From Lingula anatina (Eukaryota > Animalia > Brachiopoda), in contig CM120640.1 in the NCBI GenBank assembly GCA_051362555.1, positions 13,144,001-13,208,000 on the forward strand: a stretch of 64,000 bases of DNA, written 5' to 3'. This document shows, in pieces, positions 1 to 13,200 of the stretch (position 1 is its first letter; each line of letters opens with the position of its first letter). The position numbers were made by a program, and so were the translations under genes. A model generated the notes under the pieces. That model did not search any database, was not told the origin of the DNA, and was given only the letters and a program-made list of their open reading frames with translations.

Positions 1-818
1 TCATCAGTGATTTGCAGTAATACTTGGCATATCCTTATCAGGAAAATTTATCTACAAAGTAGCTGTAAATATGCTGTTCTGTATTTAAAAAGATTTTTTT
101 TTTAATTTCAAAATCTAATTTTGTGAGGTTTTTATGGACCACTTATTCAAAAAAAAAAAAAAAAAAAAGACATAGGCAAAGCAGTGGAGAAAATTGCGTG
201 CAGACATTGTTGTTATCCCAAAATGCATGTTAAGGTGAAAAATTGAACCTTATTTTTTATGGTTAGACTCCTGCCATTTTGAGTGTGACTGGGAAAAAAA
301 TGCTGTTAGTTGAAACTAAACCTATGAAACTTGGGTGTCAAGACATCAAGAACTACAATCTGCAGCCCAGCAGTGTTGAGGCAATGAACAAGAACCAAGG
401 AGGTGTTTGATTGACGCTCTGTGTCACAGGGCAAAAAAGGCATTGCTGGCTGAAGACACACCACCAGGCAGCGCGTGACTAAAATAAGCAAGTCTTAGCC
501 TGAAAGAAGTCTTTCCCTCACCCATCATTGTATGGTTAATGTATAACCTTCAGTCGCAAACTGGATTTCTAGACTAAATATGGACTTCTGTTGGCTTGGG
601 TAAATGACTAATTTGCCCCCATGCACTGGGGAACTCTTACAGCAGACAATCTAAGCACACAAGAGTTCCTCAGTTGTATACACTCGTGGTGTTAGAGGGA
701 AATGATTTGAGGGGCAATGTTGAATAATGATGGTGAAAAAGATCAAAGGATGGGGTTTTTGAAACAAAAAAGGAGTAAATAAAATGTTTTTTCTCCTTAC
801 TTCGAGAATTGTATTTTT

Positions 819-854
819 TTTGTTTGTTTGTTTGTTTGTTTGTTTGTTTGTTTG
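819..854. repeat. (TTTG)n microsatellite
   Basis: About 9 tandem TTTG units are directly visible. Confidence 0.9.
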
Positions 855-1899
855 TTTTGTTTTTTTTTAAATACAAGTACACATTTGTAGTTATTAAAGT
901 TGATTTGCTTGTATTTGCTCTTAATGTATTTTAGATGGTAATTGTATTTTCTCTTGCACAGAATTTGCAACTGTCACATTTATTGATAGGGAAGCAATAA
1001 AAAAGATAACATGATGAAAAGTGTTCTAAGACCCCTGACCCTGGCGTTTAGCACACATGGTATAAAGTTTTCATGATGCTAATAAGGACCATTTGTCAAA
1101 ACTGGTTCAATAGCCTGCTCTATGTCTGGGGCTATCCCAGGTATAGCACATCAAATATACCATCAAGTAGTTGCCCAATTAACTTGTCTTTACTTTACTA
1201 CACCAGAAATAATTTATTTTCTAAGTGATGGAATGTGTGCCTTGCTGATACCTTAATAAATAATGTGTATATTTCCATCCTCTTTTTCACATTCATCTTT
1301 GTTTGAATGTTTCTTTTGATCATATACATGATCAAGTGAGAAAGACTTGGAACTTTAAATATTATTGAATCATGTTACAGTATTTAGTCAATATACCATC
1401 AGATTTCAAAACCAAATATAAGTGTGTGAAGATTGAAACTTTAGACTCTTTGTGTTGACTTTAGAACAAAGTGCTTACCAAGGAGGAAAGAACAAACTCT
1501 CAGATTTTTAAACTCATTATTTTTCACCTCCCTGTGAATCACCGTGTCAACTTAAAATAGTGTATAAAGCACATGTGAAAATTACCTCTGTGCACAATGT
1601 AGTGACTTAGTTGACAAAACTGTAGTCTGAAGCAGTAAGAAACGGTAAAATAATTGGCCAGAAACTTGGATTTTAACCCATTTCTTTTAAAATCTTATAG
1701 ACACAAGAAAGTCAGCTCAATTATGTGTGGCATATGTTGTCATTGTGACATTGGTAATAAAGTAGCTGTGATATTATCTTATAAATTTTGTTTGAAAAAT
1801 AACAGCTTAAGACACTAAGGCTGTATTATATCAATGAACATTTTGTTGTTCTATGGCTACATTACTGCCAGATATTGTTCAGTTTACGTATAACCTCCA

Positions 1900-2083
1900 G
1901 TGGGATTGATCTACTGGTAGAATGCTCACTTCTGGAAGGGAGAGACCTTTATGAAAATTGTACTGGCTGTCCCCTCACTAAACAATTAAGTGCACAAAAG
2001 ATGAAGCAGGGATTAAAGACCTGGTCTTGATGGTGTTGGAAGTTTTGAATGATAAGTCTAACAGTCAGGATTGCCATAAGGTA
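1900..2083 (+). mobile_element. Decayed tRNA-derived SINE-like remnant
   Basis: A-box-like start (gattgatctactggtagaatgctcac...gagacc), then a SINE-core-like stretch (aaaattgtactggctgtcccct), ending next to a poly-C run. No TSD found. Confidence 0.3.
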
Positions 2084-2116
<33 letters not shown>

Positions 2117-2406
2117 AAATGAGATTGAATCAGGATTGAACAGATTTAATAAGATCAAATGTAAGTTTGAAAGCCAACTGACTTCTTTATCGAGGATGTT
2201 TAATTTTAAAATAAACCTTAATTACCTGTGGAGAGTACATCTTTTAATACATAACTTTTTGAAGCACCAGTTTCTTCACAAACAAGCTGTAGAACCCTTG
2301 TGATGTAGTGCTAATTTTTTTCACCAGCAAAATTAAAGTAATAATGAAATAATGTAAGATTGTTCTATTATTAAAATGTAGTGATCTGAACTCCAGTTAT
2401 ACTTAC

Positions 2407-3124
2407 AATCCCCACGAGAAATGGCTATGTCGTTGCCACGGTTTGCTGTGCTTTCCAGCCAATGGATTCTCTTCTCCATGTCTACTATAGTATCCTGTTG
2501 CTTCACCAGCTCCCTGGCTTTCTTATGATTCTCTTCTCTCATTTTTCTAATCTCGGCTTCCTTAGACCTAAACCTGTTCGCCTCTTGACGAGAAATCTCC
2601 TGAAGGTTGTCCATCTTTCTTTCCAAGACACGGTATTTATGTTCAGTACGACTGAGCATGGCGTGCGTCATGTTGCGACTGTGGTCAGTCATTTCGTGTA
2701 CAATACGCATGATCTGGGAGGTATCTTGCCCACTGCGAACACTAGTTGGTGACTGGTCGTACAGGTAGCCACTGTCTGCCTGTGATCTCCCACCAATGTT
2801 CATCTTCCCACTGCGTAGCTGATCGACAATCTCTCTCAGCTGTTTCATCTCATTGGCCATTTTGTCCACTGTTTTCTGTAACTTGGCAGTCTTTTTCTTG
2901 TATCTCCGGTTATCGTTGTACAAATCCAACAGAAAATCTTGGACATTTAGCAGCATACTGCACTGGTCTCCCTGGAACCTCATCAGGGAGTTCAGCTGGT
3001 TAAGTTTTTCCTGGTGTCCCCTCTTTTTAGGCAGGGCCTCATTGTCAGCCCTGCTGTAGGATTGGGCGAGAGTTGTAGCAGGCAGGCAAATACATATGCT
3101 GATCAGTATTGTCAGGTATTCCAT
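2407..3124 (-). CDS. First coding exon of an uncharacterised secreted coiled-coil protein, nested antisense in the YTHDC2 intron; 3' exons not found in the window
   Basis: Strong start context accATGG at 3124. Hydrophobic signal peptide MEYLTILISICICLPATTLA, then a KKR dibasic site and long heptad-rich K/E/Q/M segments. The 718-nt open exon ends at a canonical GTAAGT donor (2406-2401), phase 1, right after ...ISRGD. Confidence 0.8.
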
Positions 3125-5229
3125 GGTCTCTGATTATTTTGGTGCTGGTTATTATATCACAGTAAAAGAGAATGAGGACTTATTTCTCAGTGTGCTGTAT
3201 ATGTTCTAGCTACTGTTCCTATATCCAGACTGCTGTGTAGCTACTGCTGCTTGACAATGTTGCTGTAAATCTTATCACCACTGAGTTGTGTATGTGTTAC
3301 ATGTCCTAGGTAGCTGTGATTAGGATGCCATAAAACATGGGACCCACACAATCATACGCATTTCTGTAGCGTGCTCTCTGGGTGGCTTGCTGCAAGAGAA
3401 GAATAATAATGTGAAATGAATTACCTGAAAAATGTTTTAAAATAGAGACCACCACAAAACAATAAGACTGAAGTCTCAGAAATTTAGAAAGTGAACTCTT
3501 ATGATTAACCTTATAATGTTACAGTTACAGATATGCTATATCTGGCTACACGTACAAGTACTGTCCCCTGTGGCACGTACACTACAAGGATAAAATACCT
3601 GATAACACTAGATGTGTACATTAGTATGCCTCTGTGCATATGGTAAAAGCTCTGGTGTCAGGTTGTGAAATACGTATAGGATGATGTACTTGGAATATAA
3701 TGAACTTAAAAATATACCTTCATGGATGGCTGTTCATCAGTCTTTCCCACTACCACCTATGATATTGTTCATGAACATTAAATCTACTTTTGTTCTCTCT
3801 CCCCCCCCCCAAAAAAAAATATATATATTGATGATAATAATAATAATGGATGGAAATGAAGGGGCATCTGGTTGAAATCAGAATTTACTGAATTATAAAC
3901 ACTTTCCTAGTAAGAGCACATGCTCGTGTGCATACATGTGCATTTATGTGTGAGCATTACATGTAAAGGTGAAGCAACATTATATAAAGAGCCCACTCTT
4001 CTCAAAATGATCCCATGCTCTTCAGACAAATGATTAAAAAAAAAATACCTATAACAACTTGGTTAGAAAGTTATTAAGTTCAGTCCTCTAGGAACATGAT
4101 CATCTCTGATTTTCACAACCCAGTGAAAGCAGTATTTACATTGAACGAAGCAATTACAACAATGTCACCTCTGTATCAGTATTTCAATATTCTCAGCTAG
4201 CTGAGCAGACAACTGAAAGCCCCACAGTTATCCAGGTGAGACCGTCGTCGTCCCAAATAATTGAAGAACCCTGTGACACATACTTCATCACCTGACACTC
4301 CTGCCAGTACAGTAGTGAAATCTCAAAAGAAGAATGAACCTTTAAAAGTTGATCACGTACTTGGTGATACCTTCCTTGCAGTCCTTTAGATGCTACTTTG
4401 TTCTCAATACTGATTTTGAAAAATGCCTCTTAACAACAGTGTTTTGTCACTGTAAAGATGGTTTGTTTGTTTTTTTCAGGAAGAAAAATTTGATTAATTT
4501 CACCTGTAGACAAACTGACTGGTGTGATGTAATATTTTTAAGTGTCTCAGCTTAGACAGAAGCACTTAATGTCAAAGGTCTTCTTCATTCCCAGGCTGTT
4601 AAAGGTGTGTTACAGTGGATACTATATATTTTCCTGTGATATAATTACCAAATGGTTTCTTGATTTTCACAACAATGTCTGTTAAATAGTCCCATATGGT
4701 GTCATTTGCCAGAAGTTCACTGTTTATCTTGTCTCGTTTTACTTTGTTGTGGAAATTTACCAGGGTTACCACTGCATCGTTTTTTATAGCATGAGTTATC
4801 CACAAAGTCCCTGTATATGTATCTAGTCTAAGTATTTTTTTTTCTCTTACTCACCTTCAGTAACTGGACTGGTTTGAAGTCAAAACATTGAAATGAAATG
4901 ATTTTTTTTCTTTTTTGCCCTGTGTGGCACTTTTTTCATTTTCTAGCTCAAATGAGCTCCTTCAAAACTGACCAGCAGTTAAAATTACTAAAAAGGTTGA
5001 AGTGGGTTTGTGGCTCACACATGAAGTTTTTGGTTCACACCCACAACTTGATTTAAAATTGTCAGGAGGATCAAAGACATTCATCATTGGTAATTATTGT
5101 TTTAAATAATTTAAATCCTAAGCATGCTTAACATTCTTGGTATATGATTAAATCTGGGCATTAATTGAAATAATGAAAAACATTATCTTAGAAATGATAA
5201 AGGACCTAGTGAAGAAAACATCAAGGAAG

Positions 5230-5300
5230 ATCTTGACGGAAGAATTAAACAATTCATAGGCCTTCTTCTGATCAGTAGGAATAACAGCCTTCTAAAGTGT
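5230..5300 (+). mobile_element. Possible degenerate piggyBac-type transposase fragment
   Basis: Short frame KQFIGLLLISRNNSL resembles the FIG(I/L)LLLSGYN motif of PGBD transposases (from memory). Frame is broken on both sides. Confidence 0.3.
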
Positions 5301-8300
5301 AAAGAGACTTCATAAAAGGAGACACTTAACACTAACATTTCCTGAAACACTTAAGATTAGGTGAAAAATTAGAGGAAGAACCCCTGACAAAATGAAATAA
5401 TTACTCAGCAGTGAAATTTTTCTGTTTAGAAGTTCCTCCCTTTTTGCATTCTTCACCCCTCATTTCCTATGACAATGAGACACACCTATCATTTTCAGTA
5501 ATATCCACACTGAAACATAAATAAGCTGAAGTTTTGGCCCTCAAAAAGCTTACCGTTTTCAAGTGTCCTCTTAAGAAAAAAGGCTCTCTTTGTTGCTGGT
5601 CCTTGTTGTTTGCACAATGTATTTTACTTGAAAGTATATGTAGTTATTCCCATTCAGTGATAGGAATAGAGTAAGCCGTAGCCAGCAACTCAAATGCTAC
5701 CCCAACAGATCCTGTATAATGTATATATATATGTGTGTGCACCTGGGAACTCACTGTGACGAGCACATGCGGTAACTCCAAGCTGAAATTGATCATAAGA
5801 TGCTCTAGCCAGACAGAAGTGAGCTCCGTGAACACACCTTTCTATTCTCCGCCTACATATTTGCTATAAAGTCCATGGCATTTGCATCTGTTTTAAAATG
5901 AATTCGGTGCTGATTTTAATCTTGGCATTCCGGCCTTGAAGACCCAAGTCGAGATGTCAAGTGTTCTAACAGTGTGCTCCGTGTGTGCACGGTGACAGTG
6001 TAGAATTTAATCATATCAGTTATATGTCTAAAAGGTGATCTCACCAAGGAACTTTGCTTTCATTTTAAAGTGAGTTGAACTTGAAGATCTTAGGCCAACT
6101 CCAGTGTTTGTTACCAAAAAGCAAACAATTTATTTGTATGATGTTATCATATTGCTTTTATGCTATTTCTCTGCCCTTTATGCCTCCCCTCATAGAATAA
6201 AATGGCAATAACACCTATGATTTTCTTCCAGATAACTATATTTTACAGTAGCTCCTGTAATTTGCATTACGTGGGATTATGTGATTTACTTCTTCAGGTA
6301 GTATTAACCAGTTTCGGAATGCTTGATTTCCCCTGGCCATATGCTTTTTCCCCATGCTTATCTCTAGGCCCATATGTTAAAAAGTGTTTGATCGTCATCT
6401 AGAGACTGTCAAAAATACATTTACAGATGGCCAGTCAAATCAAAAAGGAATTTTAGTCATTCTGAGTTTTACTGCAGAAAACATTTTTAAAAAAATGCTA
6501 CCTGTTATTTTAGTTGTTTGGTTTTTAAAAAAAATGTTGAAAATTAAAACCATCTTGACCATGTGCAACAAATTTGCTCTTTGAGTGACCATTGCAATTA
6601 AGTGTACTGAACCATTAGATGTTGTAGAGAAAGCTTTCCTGGCTCGGAACAAATGACTGCTGCATATGATGGAATTCAACCTTTTTTTTTCCCCCCTTTG
6701 ACAATGGGCTGTGGCACCTGCATGAAAAATAAGGTGTTAAATAAAGCATAGACTAAATAACCTTTGGTTCACATAAAGAGTGAAAAAGCGAGTTTCAAAT
6801 AGAATAAAAACGTAAAAAGAGAGAATGAAAAGAAAATATTACCATGATTAAGTAGCTTCATGCTTATAAATGTATACAAGAGGGAAAAAAAAAGAGAGCA
6901 CAGGTAATAAGAAATTACACAGTGGATTGGTAGAGAACACATTACAGCATCCTCCCAGTATTGATGGGCCCATTTCCTGCAGAGACTAATTTGTAAACCT
7001 AAGCACAAGATTTGTGTACATTCAGCACTGGGAATGGCTGCAGCATAACAGCACATAACTCAGACTTTATTGTACATGTACTTGCTACCTTTAGTATCAA
7101 AGATATATTACATAGTTTCCCTGTAGATGAACTGGGTGCTTGTATTGCAATGTGAAAAGTTGCCCCAGGCAAGAAATAGAATATCTATTACAAATAGTGG
7201 TTAATAAAAAGTAATTCTTAACTCTAAAATATGCTTATAATTAATTTCAAAGACATTCATGAAATTAGAACATATCTTAACCAAGTTTAAATGATGACAC
7301 GATATTTATCCCAAATCATCTACTAGAATTTTTTTCTTCCACTTGGTTTATGAGTTCATCTAAGAGGATGAAATATTTGTTTCACCTTCAAAGTTTTCTA
7401 CTTCACTTCAACCTGCACACCCAAAGACAGCATGTAAATAGATATCTTTATTTTCTACTTTCTTTGAAACTTGCCCGGAACATAATACCTTGTATTACAG
7501 TTTGAAATAGGTGTCATTAGCCATGCATGAATATAGATATAGATATAGATATAGCAATTTCTCCTGAGACTGAGAGAAAGTTGGATCCTTCCATGCAGAC
7601 TCAGATGAAAACTGACGCAAGGGTCCAAATTTCAGACTTCCATTGCTTAATAAGATCAAGCCCTTTGAATTTTGATATTGGCAAATAAGTTGCTTTGACA
7701 ATGATCTTTTTGACAGAAACTGTCAACAGACGAGTACTCTGTCCAAATTGAGGTAACATAGCTTGTGTCACTTCAGATCCTGATTTTAATGCCTTGATCA
7801 GTGTAATGTGTGATACACTTTGGCTTGTGCCAGAGGCTAAAACATGATCTGTCAAATGTTCTTTTCAGTTTAGTGCCAAATTTTATAAACAAGCTACCAC
7901 AAATTAATTTTGCCAAGACTGCTCTAGTGGTTCCATTGTCCTCTAACCCTGTAGAAAACTCGTGGTTTAAAGTAAATGGTGTTCTATATAAGTGCAATAT
8001 GTCAAGTAAATTCACCGATGTTCATCATATATGTGTATGAACATATTTTTTACTGGAGTTAAGGTATAGGGATTTTAAGTTTCATGTGGATACAGTTAAT
8101 TTCTTATGGTTGTTTCCTTACTTGATATGTGATTGAATGATAACTGTGCTTATTAAGTTATTCATTTAAGTTATCCAGTCCCATGTAGTTGATTTGTTAA
8201 AATATCAGTCTTCAGAAAAAGTGGCAACAACGGTTACATGTTAGCACATAAATCTCTTCCTTTCTTGTCATTGTGATAGCAAAGGTCAATCATCAGCGTG

Positions 8301-9991
8301 AAAGAATTTTTAGCAGTGTCGTCAACAAGACTTTTTTGTCACCAAGTTCTTTTGGTGCAAACCTATTAAAGACCTTGGAGGCCAAAACAAGTCCTGAAAT
8401 GTTATAAATTGATACCAATAAAAGATTATGTAATGATTTATTGATTTACTCATTTATTAACTAATGTACTGAATTGCCTATAACTTCAGTTCATTTGGCT
8501 TTTTATAGTTCAACTTGATATCTTTGAGGGCAATTCAGCAATGGATTTAAATAGGGAATTTATTCACAAAAAATTCCTTCTCCCTTCAGTTGAATAAAGT
8601 CATGTGAGATCATGTTACAGTTTTACCAGTAAAAACCTCTGTTGTGCAAGTGAGTTTTTTCTTAAATAAAACCTTTGATCCCTTATGTAACAAATCCAGG
8701 TATGTGAAATGTAATATATTTATGGCATCTTTTAATAAGTTCATGTAACTGTCTGTCACAGTTCCATATTATAACCTCTGTGATCTAAACATCATTCATC
8801 CCTGTGTGCCAGACGTCAGCTAAGCAGGAGGAGGACCTGACACTTCTGTCATTTCACGACGGATTGACTGTGATAAATCACTCACAGAGTACTGAGGTCT
8901 TTGAATCTAATCTAGTTTTTGATAGCTTAACTCATGTATAAAAACCATGGGTATTATTACTTTTTGCACACTGAAAAAATTTCTTTTGAATGTTATGAAT
9001 TTGTAGAAGCAAACTTGTCTATGATCACCAAAAAGAACAGGTTTTCCTAATGTTTTGTCCCTGTAAATTGTTAATTGAATCATCTTGTTTGATAGACATG
9101 GTGCCAAAAAAAAAAGAAAAATCAAGATACAGAGTATCAATGCAACTGTATCTAAAAACATACAGGCCATTCTTACCTTCTTTGCTAGTGAATGTCATTT
9201 TTCCAACAAACTTTGACTGCTGTGAACTTTTAGGTTACCATGTTTATATTTCGCGTACTATATTTTGTAAGAATTTTCCACTCTTTTAATAAACAACAGG
9301 GAGGGGTGCTTGAAATGCTCAAGTTGTATGTGTTCCCCTGTAAAAACATTGCTATATAAACATACATGAAAGTAAACTTAAACAAGTGTTAAATCCATTT
9401 CTTTATTCTTTTTGTTGGGTTGAAAAAGGACATTTTGCCATTGATGAAGTAACAAGACCAGGGTCTAGCTGAATGGGACTAGAAATGTCTGCTCAGTTTT
9501 TTTTATACATTTACCTGTAATGATCACCAAATCACTTCAGTCTCTACAGACATGCCTCTGTATATAGTTACAAAGTAATCTTTTTACCAGAAGTTTGTAC
9601 AAAGCTACTTTCTGGGTAATCCTTTTAACAGTTCATGCTACAAATGGCAGAAGCATTCATTTTCCTCAAAATTGTTCCAGTATGTTGGTTTGAAGATGGA
9701 GAAGATTTTTTTTAAGTTAAAGGGTCAGGGGGTGAGTGTTTGGAAAGGTTAACATTATAAGCAGACGCCCTCCCTTTACATGTACAACTTCATCAGCTCA
9801 TTGTAGGCACACTAGATTTAAGATAATTTTTTAAAGTTTATTGTACATTTATCTTTTCATGTAGACAGAGTATGTATCTTTATTGTTTGGTTCTCTTTAA
9901 TTGTAAAGAAATGTAATATGTATGCAGGGGATATCATGAAAAGTGGTAAAGAAAAGTTTGTTTAAAAAACACTTACTTTATTCACCTTTTA

Positions 9992-10205
9992 GACCCCATT
10001 TCCAGAGATTAGATCGATCTACTTTAGATCGACCTAACTCCCTGGGGGTTCACGCTAAATAGCTGTCAGCCGGGCGGACACGAAAGTTAATTACCCCCTT
10101 ACAGCTTGTAGTAGGCGGGACGGACATTAAGCCGGATTATCTGACAGTAATCTAGTGAGACTCCCCGCGGGAATAGATCGATCTAAAAGCTCTGAGAATA
10201 CAGCC
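9992..10205. mobile_element. PIF/Harbinger-type (Tourist-like) MITE
   Basis: Imperfect long TIRs (GACCCCATTTCCAGAGATTAGATCGATCTA vs reverse complement GGCTGTATTCTCAGAGCTTTTAGATCGATCTA), TTA on both flanks, and CpG-rich relative to its surroundings. Confidence 0.7.
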
Positions 10206-13200
10206 TTAGATTGTATACTGTTTTCATTCTGTAACTTGTTTCCCTGTGTGCGACTGCCCTAGGTCACAAAAATTTAAGTAGTCATGTCTTGTGTCAATTG
10301 CTTACAAAAAAAAAAAAAGCCAGTCAGTTAAAAAACATACCCCTTGGCTGCATGTGCACTGAGTGCAACATGGAAAAATATATAACATAGGTTAGAAACC
10401 TACACTTCCAGTTGACTGTTTAATTTTGTTTAGAAAATGTTTTTTGATTGCTGGGCTTTTGAAATGGGTCTAATTCAGAATATTATTTAGAAAGAACCCT
10501 ACTGGGATAACGATTGGCAGTTGGAGCTCAGGAATTGGGAGAATGGATTGGATTTTTTTTAAAAAAAGAATATATAGATCAGAGCAAGCAATAGTAATGC
10601 CTTCAGTAATCGAGTAGATTGAAGCTCCATCAGTGACACTACAACAGTGTGTGATATATTGGGCTCTACCTATAATGATGAGTGGCAGTGGTTGGTCAAA
10701 TGTTTGACCACATGATACCAAAAAGTGACCACCACTTTTGTAGGTGTGTATTTGAGAACCGTCTACACATTACCTTGACTGCCTTTGAAAAGGGGAACTT
10801 ACACAGAGGGGTGTCTGTCTCAGGCAGGATCTCTTGATTCCTGATTAGCCATGGTCAGTAAACTAAGTACTTCAGAGTCAAGTGACTGAAAGTAATTCTT
10901 TACAGATAATATTCATTCTAGGTTGGTCTTTTGATAAAGACTGCTGTGTAGAAGTCCCTGGTACCTCAAGGGTTTTGTTCCCCAAAATTAAAGATAATCC
11001 CATCAAGAATTCTTTTTTTCACCACTACACTTTGAGAATGATATTTGGGATAAAAGGGAACTTCGGTTGTGTTGGTTTAAACTTTGGTGACATATTGCAC
11101 TAGAAAGCTTTCTTCTAGACAAATTGTTCAAAATCAATATTGCAAAAGCTTTTGCATTTACTTTTATTTTGTTGACTCTTATTCATTTAAAGCTTTTACT
11201 GCATCCATTTTAAAGAAGGTATATAAACTGTTGATATTTGCTTAAATATCAAGCTCTCTCTCATGCTCATTACCAGTGAATGCTTTAAAAGCAGTCGAGA
11301 CATACTTATTATGAAAATGATATGCTAATGAAAAAAAGTTTTTTTTTACATTTGAATTTCTGGAGATATCAAATAATGTTCTTAGCATGACTTAGATATT
11401 GCTTGCTGATTATTTGCTTCATTGCCCATAACTTCAATTTGTGACTCATTTCTTTTTGGCAAGCTTCAAAAAACAAGGAGTTGTCAGAGTTTCACTCAAG
11501 GTCATAATCATAACTTCTGAGTCTAGTGAAAATATTGAAGCATTAGTGTAAAGTATAATACACCAAATATGAAATGATTCCAAACCTTTGCAGCATTGTC
11601 AACCAGGTGAGCCTTTGGCCGATTTGTCACCACTCTAACCCGATAGCTTGAGGCTGGTGACAATATCCAAATTAAATTGACACATATCAAAAGAAACAAT
11701 AGCCAAATGACTAATGATTTCAACAAACCACCCAGTTATTGCTGTTACCTTGACTACTGTATATTCGGTTGATTGTCAGAAGTAATGAGGTTATTATTTC
11801 AACCTACCTAGAAGATGGAAGTTATGAAGCCATCACTCCCGAAACAGCACAGTTCACAGCCATTCTGGTCCCCGGCTGAATGCAGTCACAACAATTTATA
11901 AAGTCTGGTGCAACTGAGCGTATTCAGTCAGGACGGCTGCCTTTTGTAGTGTTGTCTAAAGTTATGTGCTGTAGATGAAACCTTATGACTCCTGTATTGT
12001 CATTGCTTAACTGTCTCTGTTCCCATTAGTATGCAATACACACCCGGGGGTCACAACAGATTGAAATAATGGAGAGAAGTGAGATGGAGCAGGGACTTTT
12101 TATCAGAGGGGGCTTACTGAATTGCCTTAGGAGAAAATCTGTTGAAAGCATTAGCAAGTTTTGGTTACCTAAAGGGCATAATTAAAGGAATTGTGTTTTC
12201 TCAAAACACTTTTTTGTGTTGAAAATTGGTTCCTTTGATTTGTTTAGTTGACTGGCAGGATGTATGAATGAGAGAGTTTTGATGCCTTTGACTGATGTTC
12301 AGAATTTGGAGGAGGGAAAAAATCATGCGCTCACCAAGTCGGCACCATCATGGGAAATTTGGCCTGAGCTGAATTGGGCAACCAGGCCAAGTGCTTTGTG
12401 TCTTAAAAGGAATTTATTTTTACAAATACATGTAAATAGTTGGAAATACCCAAGGGACATTAGAGAATAGAAGACTCTTATTTCTGTATATTTTTGCTTA
12501 TGCTATTTGGCTTGCAGGAGGTAAATAATTAAATGGATAAATCGAATTTGGCTTCTCACTAATGAAAAACAAATTAAATATTTCCGTATGTTGTGAAATA
12601 GATTGTATTGGATCAGATTTCTACAGGGACTTGTAATAATGTTTGAAAATGAAAATCTATGATAATATTTTGGCTTGTGCAACATCTGAGGGGGTGGGAA
12701 GAGAGAGAAAGGAAGAGAGGGAGAGAGAGAGGGAGAGTTAAAGAGGATCCAATTTATTAACTAATTCCTGAACTCCATTTCTTAACTAAACTGCAAAAAC
12801 ATATAGGAAAATGGGTTCTTCATAGATTGGCTTTAATTTTTATTATTTTATTTTACACTGCAACTTCCTTGTAAACTTATCTCCACTTTCTCTACACAAC
12901 TTTTTTTTTACGTTTAAAGATACCACCTTGGTTTCTCACCCTAGCACATCATACTGCAGATCATTGAAAAAGTGAAATAAAAAAAAAAACAAGATAGAAC
13001 TGAAGCGGGTGTCAAGTCCTTAGTCATTGTTTGACCACCTACAGACACCACTGCTCAATGTTGTCATCCATCCAGAACATGACTTTCCATGTGGTAGATG
13101 GCCTAGCAATACAGTATCATTTCAAATGAAATCAAATACTTTTACATGGTAAACTGACTCATTGAACTGGCCCCCATGTAATACCTGTACAAACAGGGGG

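Noticed and set aside
2462-3059. Three + strand ORFs
   Set aside because: Antisense shadows of the secreted coiled-coil exon, with no motifs or splice support.
8773-8899. Possible C/D-box snoRNA (terminal ACCTC/GAGGT stem, CTGA)
   Set aside because: No acceptable C box (GTGATCT rather than RTGATGA) and no recognisable guide sequence.
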